Of a stretch of 33,039 bases of DNA, positions 31,501 to 33,039 are shown in pieces; within the stretch, counting starts at the first letter, position 1; each line of letters begins with the position of its first letter. The DNA comes from an uncultured Paludibacteraceae bacterium. GTDB taxonomy: Bacteria > Bacteroidota > Bacteroidia > Bacteroidales > Paludibacteraceae. Both the position numbers and the translations under genes were made by a program. The notes under the pieces are model-generated. The model worked only from the letters and a program-made list of their open reading frames with translations. It was not told the DNA's origin and did not search any database. The stretch lies in the NCBI GenBank assembly GCA_964528925.1, contig CAZGVF010000005.1, positions 1 through 33,039 of the forward strand, written 5' to 3'.

Positions 31501-32802
31501 GTCGATGCTAACACGCATTCGCAACTCACCATGCAGCCAATCTCGTACGGTTCGAAACTCTACTTCGAAAATGGCGCTACGGTGAAGAAAGGCGACAAAA
31601 TCTGCGAATGGGACCCATTCAACGCGGTCATCATTTCGGAGGTCGAAGGTCGCTTGGAATTCGAAAATATGATCGAGAATGTTACCTACAAAGAGGAAGC
31701 CGACGAGGCTACTGGCATGCGCGATCGTATCATCATCGAATCGAAAGAGAAGACTAAAGTGCCTGCCGCACTCGTTAAAAATGCTGCTGGCGAGACCATC
31801 AAGACATACAACTTGCCTGTGGGCGCTCACATGGTTGTGGACAACAATCAGCAGATAAAGGCTGGCGATTTGCTTGTGAAAATTCCGCGTGCCATTGGTG
31901 GTGCGGGCGATATCACGGGTGGTCTGCCGCGCGTTACCGAGTTGTTCGAGGCGCGTAACCCATCGAACCCTGCTATTGTTTCCGAAATCGACGGCGAAGT
32001 CATCTTTGGCAAAATCAAACGCGGTAACCGCGAAATCAGCGTCGTTTCGAAATCGGGCGAGGAGAAAAAATACCTTGTACCGCTGTCGAAACAGATTCTG
32101 GTTCAGGAGAACGACTATGTTCGTGCAGGCACGCCGCTGTCCGATGGTGCCATCGCTCCAGCCGACATTTTGGCGGTGAAAGGTCCTACGGCCGTTCAAG
32201 AATACATCGTCAACGAGGTGCAAGATGTTTACCGTCTGCAAGGTGTGAAGATCAACGACAAACACTTCGAAGTGATTGTTCGTCAGATGATGCGCAAAGT
32301 GCAGATTGCCGAAGCCGGCGACACGCGCTTCCTCGAAGATCAGATTGTCGACAAAATCGACTTCAACGAGGAGAACGATCGCATCTGGGGCAAGAAGGTG
32401 GTTGTCGATGCTGGCGACAGCGAGACGCTGCAAGCAGGTCAGATTGTTACCGCACGCAAACTGCGCGACGAGAACAGTGCTCTGAAACGCCGCGACTTGC
32501 GCCTAGTTGAGGTGCGCGACGCCATGCCTGCAACATCGTGCCAGATACTGCAAGGTATCACGCGCGCTGCCTTGGGAACCAAGAGCTTTATGTCGGCTGC
32601 ATCGTTCCAAGAGACTACCAAGGTGCTGAACGAAGCCGCCATCAATGCCAAAGTGGACAACCTCGAAGGCATGAAAGAGAACGTGATTGTTGGCTTGCGT
32701 ATACCTGCTGGTACGGGCTTGCGCGAATACGACAAACTCGTGGTTGGCTCTATGGACGACTACCAACGCACAAAGGAAGAATCTGACAAAACAGAAGAAT
32801 AA
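28513..32802 (+). CDS. rpoC: DNA-directed RNA polymerase subunit beta'
   Basis: 1429 aa. N-terminal zinc motif [20 protein letters not shown] and catalytic NADFDGDQM. Confidence 0.99.
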   Translation: MAFKRENKTKTNFTKISIGLASPEEILASSYGEVLKPETINYRTYKPERDGLFCERIFGPTKDYECNCGKYKRIRYKGIVCDRCGVEVTEKKVRRERSGHIQLVVPVAHIWYFRSLPNKIGYLLGMPTKNLDAVIYYEKYVVIQAGALAEITAEDEQPVKDGDLLDEERYLSLLDKLPANNAQLEDTDPNKFIAKMGAEAIYDLLCRLDLDKLSYELRNRANTDSSQQRKAEALKRLQVVESFRAARPKNRPEWMILKVIPVIPPELRPLIPLDGGRFATSDLNDLYRRVIIRNNRLKRLIEIKAPEVILRNEKRMLQEAVDSLIDNSRKTTAMKSEANRPLKSLSDSLKGKQGRFRQNLLGKRVDYSARSVIVVGPELKMGECGLPKDMAAELYKPFIIRKLIERGIVKTVKSAKRIIDRKDPVVWDILEYVMKGHPVLLNRAPTLHRLGIQAFQPKMIEGKAIQLHPLACTAFNADFDGDQMAVHLPLSNEAILEAQLLMLQSHNILNPANGAPITVPSQDMVLGLYYITKPRKGVKGEGMKFYSPEEVEIAYNEQQVDVHAIISVRVQDLDENGNLVERLVDETTVGRVIVNKFVPKECGYINQLISKKSLRDIISFVIEKAGVARAAQFLDDIKNLGYKMAFVGGLSFNLSDVIIPDEKAELVQKGYDDVESIMNDYNMGFITNNERYNKIIDTWTEVNSKLAKVVIDRLAADQDGFNSVYMMLDSGARGSKEQIRQLSGMRGLMAKPQKAGAEGGQIIENPILANFKEGLSVQEYFISTHGARKGLADTALKTADAGYLTRRLVDVSHDVIINEEDCGTLRGLVATELRNKEQVVSSLYERILGRVSVHDIYHPQTGELIVASGDEITEKEAKIIEESPIERVEIRSVLTCESRHGVCAKCYGRNLATGRLVNKGEAVGVIAAQSIGEPGTQLTLRTFHVGGVASNIAAESSMVSHYDGILEIDELRTVRAKDASGNEYDVVVSRQAEARIVDANTHSQLTMQPISYGSKLYFENGATVKKGDKICEWDPFNAVIISEVEGRLEFENMIENVTYKEEADEATGMRDRIIIESKEKTKVPAALVKNAAGETIKTYNLPVGAHMVVDNNQQIKAGDLLVKIPRAIGGAGDITGGLPRVTELFEARNPSNPAIVSEIDGEVIFGKIKRGNREISVVSKSGEEKKYLVPLSKQILVQENDYVRAGTPLSDGAIAPADILAVKGPTAVQEYIVNEVQDVYRLQGVKINDKHFEVIVRQMMRKVQIAEAGDTRFLEDQIVDKIDFNEENDRIWGKKVVVDAGDSETLQAGQIVTARKLRDENSALKRRDLRLVEVRDAMPATSCQILQGITRAALGTKSFMSAASFQETTKVLNEAAINAKVDNLEGMKENVIVGLRIPAGTGLREYDKLVVGSMDDYQRTKEESDKTEE

Positions 32803-32823
32803 GTTTTTTCTTCATAATGAGGA

Positions 32824-32860
32824 CGAGTCACGCTGTGAAGCGCGGCTCGTTTTTTTTTTT
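32824..32860 (+). terminator. Rho-independent terminator of the rpoBC operon
   Basis: 10-position stem cgagtcacgc / gcgcggctcg (one G-U pair, one A-C mismatch) with loop tgtgaa, followed by T11 (32850-32860). It starts 22 nt after the rpoC stop. Confidence 0.8.
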
Positions 32861-32865
32861 ATGTC

Positions 32866-32888
32866 GCGCGGGATTTGCAATCCCGCGC
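32866..32888. repeat. Perfect palindromic hairpin gcgcGGGATTTGCAATCCcgcgc
   Basis: 8-bp stem gcgcggga/tcccgcgc with loop tttgcaa. The core GGATTTGYAATCC repeats at 32901-32915. Confidence 0.8.
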
Positions 32889-32900
32889 TCGTTTATTATT

Positions 32901-32915
32901 CGGATTTGTAATCCG
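32901..32915. repeat. Palindromic hairpin cGGATTTGTAATCCg
   Basis: 5-bp stem cggat/atccg with loop ttgta. This is the second copy of the GGATTTGYAATCC core. Confidence 0.7.
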
Positions 32916-32925
32916 TGAAACAACA

Positions 32926-32948
32926 GGACGCACTCGGTGCGTCCCTAC
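32926..32948 (+). repeat. GC-rich palindromic intergenic element, copy C
   Basis: GGACGCAC-tcg-GTGCGTCC is a perfect 8-bp stem followed by CTAC. It has the same GGACGC..GCGTCC-CTAC architecture as copies A and B. Confidence 0.75.
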
Positions 32949-32954
32949 TTTTAG

Positions 32955-32980
32955 CTTTCAGCGTTTCACTTTTCGACTTG
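32955..32980. repeat. Degenerate heptad/octad array agctttc/agcgtttc/acttttcg/acttgc
   Basis: Read directly. Related to the cttttca array at 9959-9983. Confidence 0.55.
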
Positions 32981-33039
32981 CAATTTTTTGGCGCACAGTA
33001 AAAGTTCCGTGTTTTGAAAAGTAAACTTGTAAAATAATC

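Overview
This is a core-chromosome window from a Bacteroidota (Bacteroidales-like) genome. The taxon is inferred from TAnnTTTG -7 promoter boxes, a T9SS C-terminal sorting domain, few Shine-Dalgarno sites, and the EF-Tu and ribosomal protein sequences. I can support 28 protein genes and 5 tRNAs.

The left two thirds carry: serS; a TtcA-like PP-loop enzyme; the rpsF-rpsR-rplI operon; a small PH-like ORF with a FISUMP/DUF1566-type secreted protein; a 989-aa REC-REC-ATP-grasp (PPDK_N-type) protein; a T9SS-secreted multi-CBM protein; a THUMP RNA methyltransferase with a long KFGD-repeat tail; agmatinase; gdhA; a NadR-type kinase; an S41 Ctp protease; thiL; rpiB; rpsU; a Xer recombinase; and hpf. 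The right third is the classical tRNA(Thr-Tyr-Gly-Thr)-tuf-tRNA(Trp)-secE-nusG-rplKAJL-rpoBC cluster.

I see no CRISPR, cas genes, transposase, IS, prophage, or recognisable defence or toxin-antitoxin genes. By gene content this is an ordinary housekeeping region, and I cannot point to a new multi-gene system.

The signals that annotation does not explain are non-coding:
(i) More than 20 arrays of degenerate 7-9-nt A/T-rich tandem units sit at almost every gene boundary outside the ribosomal/RNAP operons. In several cases the gene's stop codon is itself one unit of the array.
(ii) A GC-rich palindromic element (GGACGC-N-GCGTCC-CTAC) occurs in three spacers.
(iii) Four consecutive hairpins follow rpoC.

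The most interesting protein is the orphan REC-REC-ATP-grasp fusion. All the very long antisense ORFs in the track are in-register shadows caused by complete avoidance of TTA/CTA/TCA codons in the sense genes.
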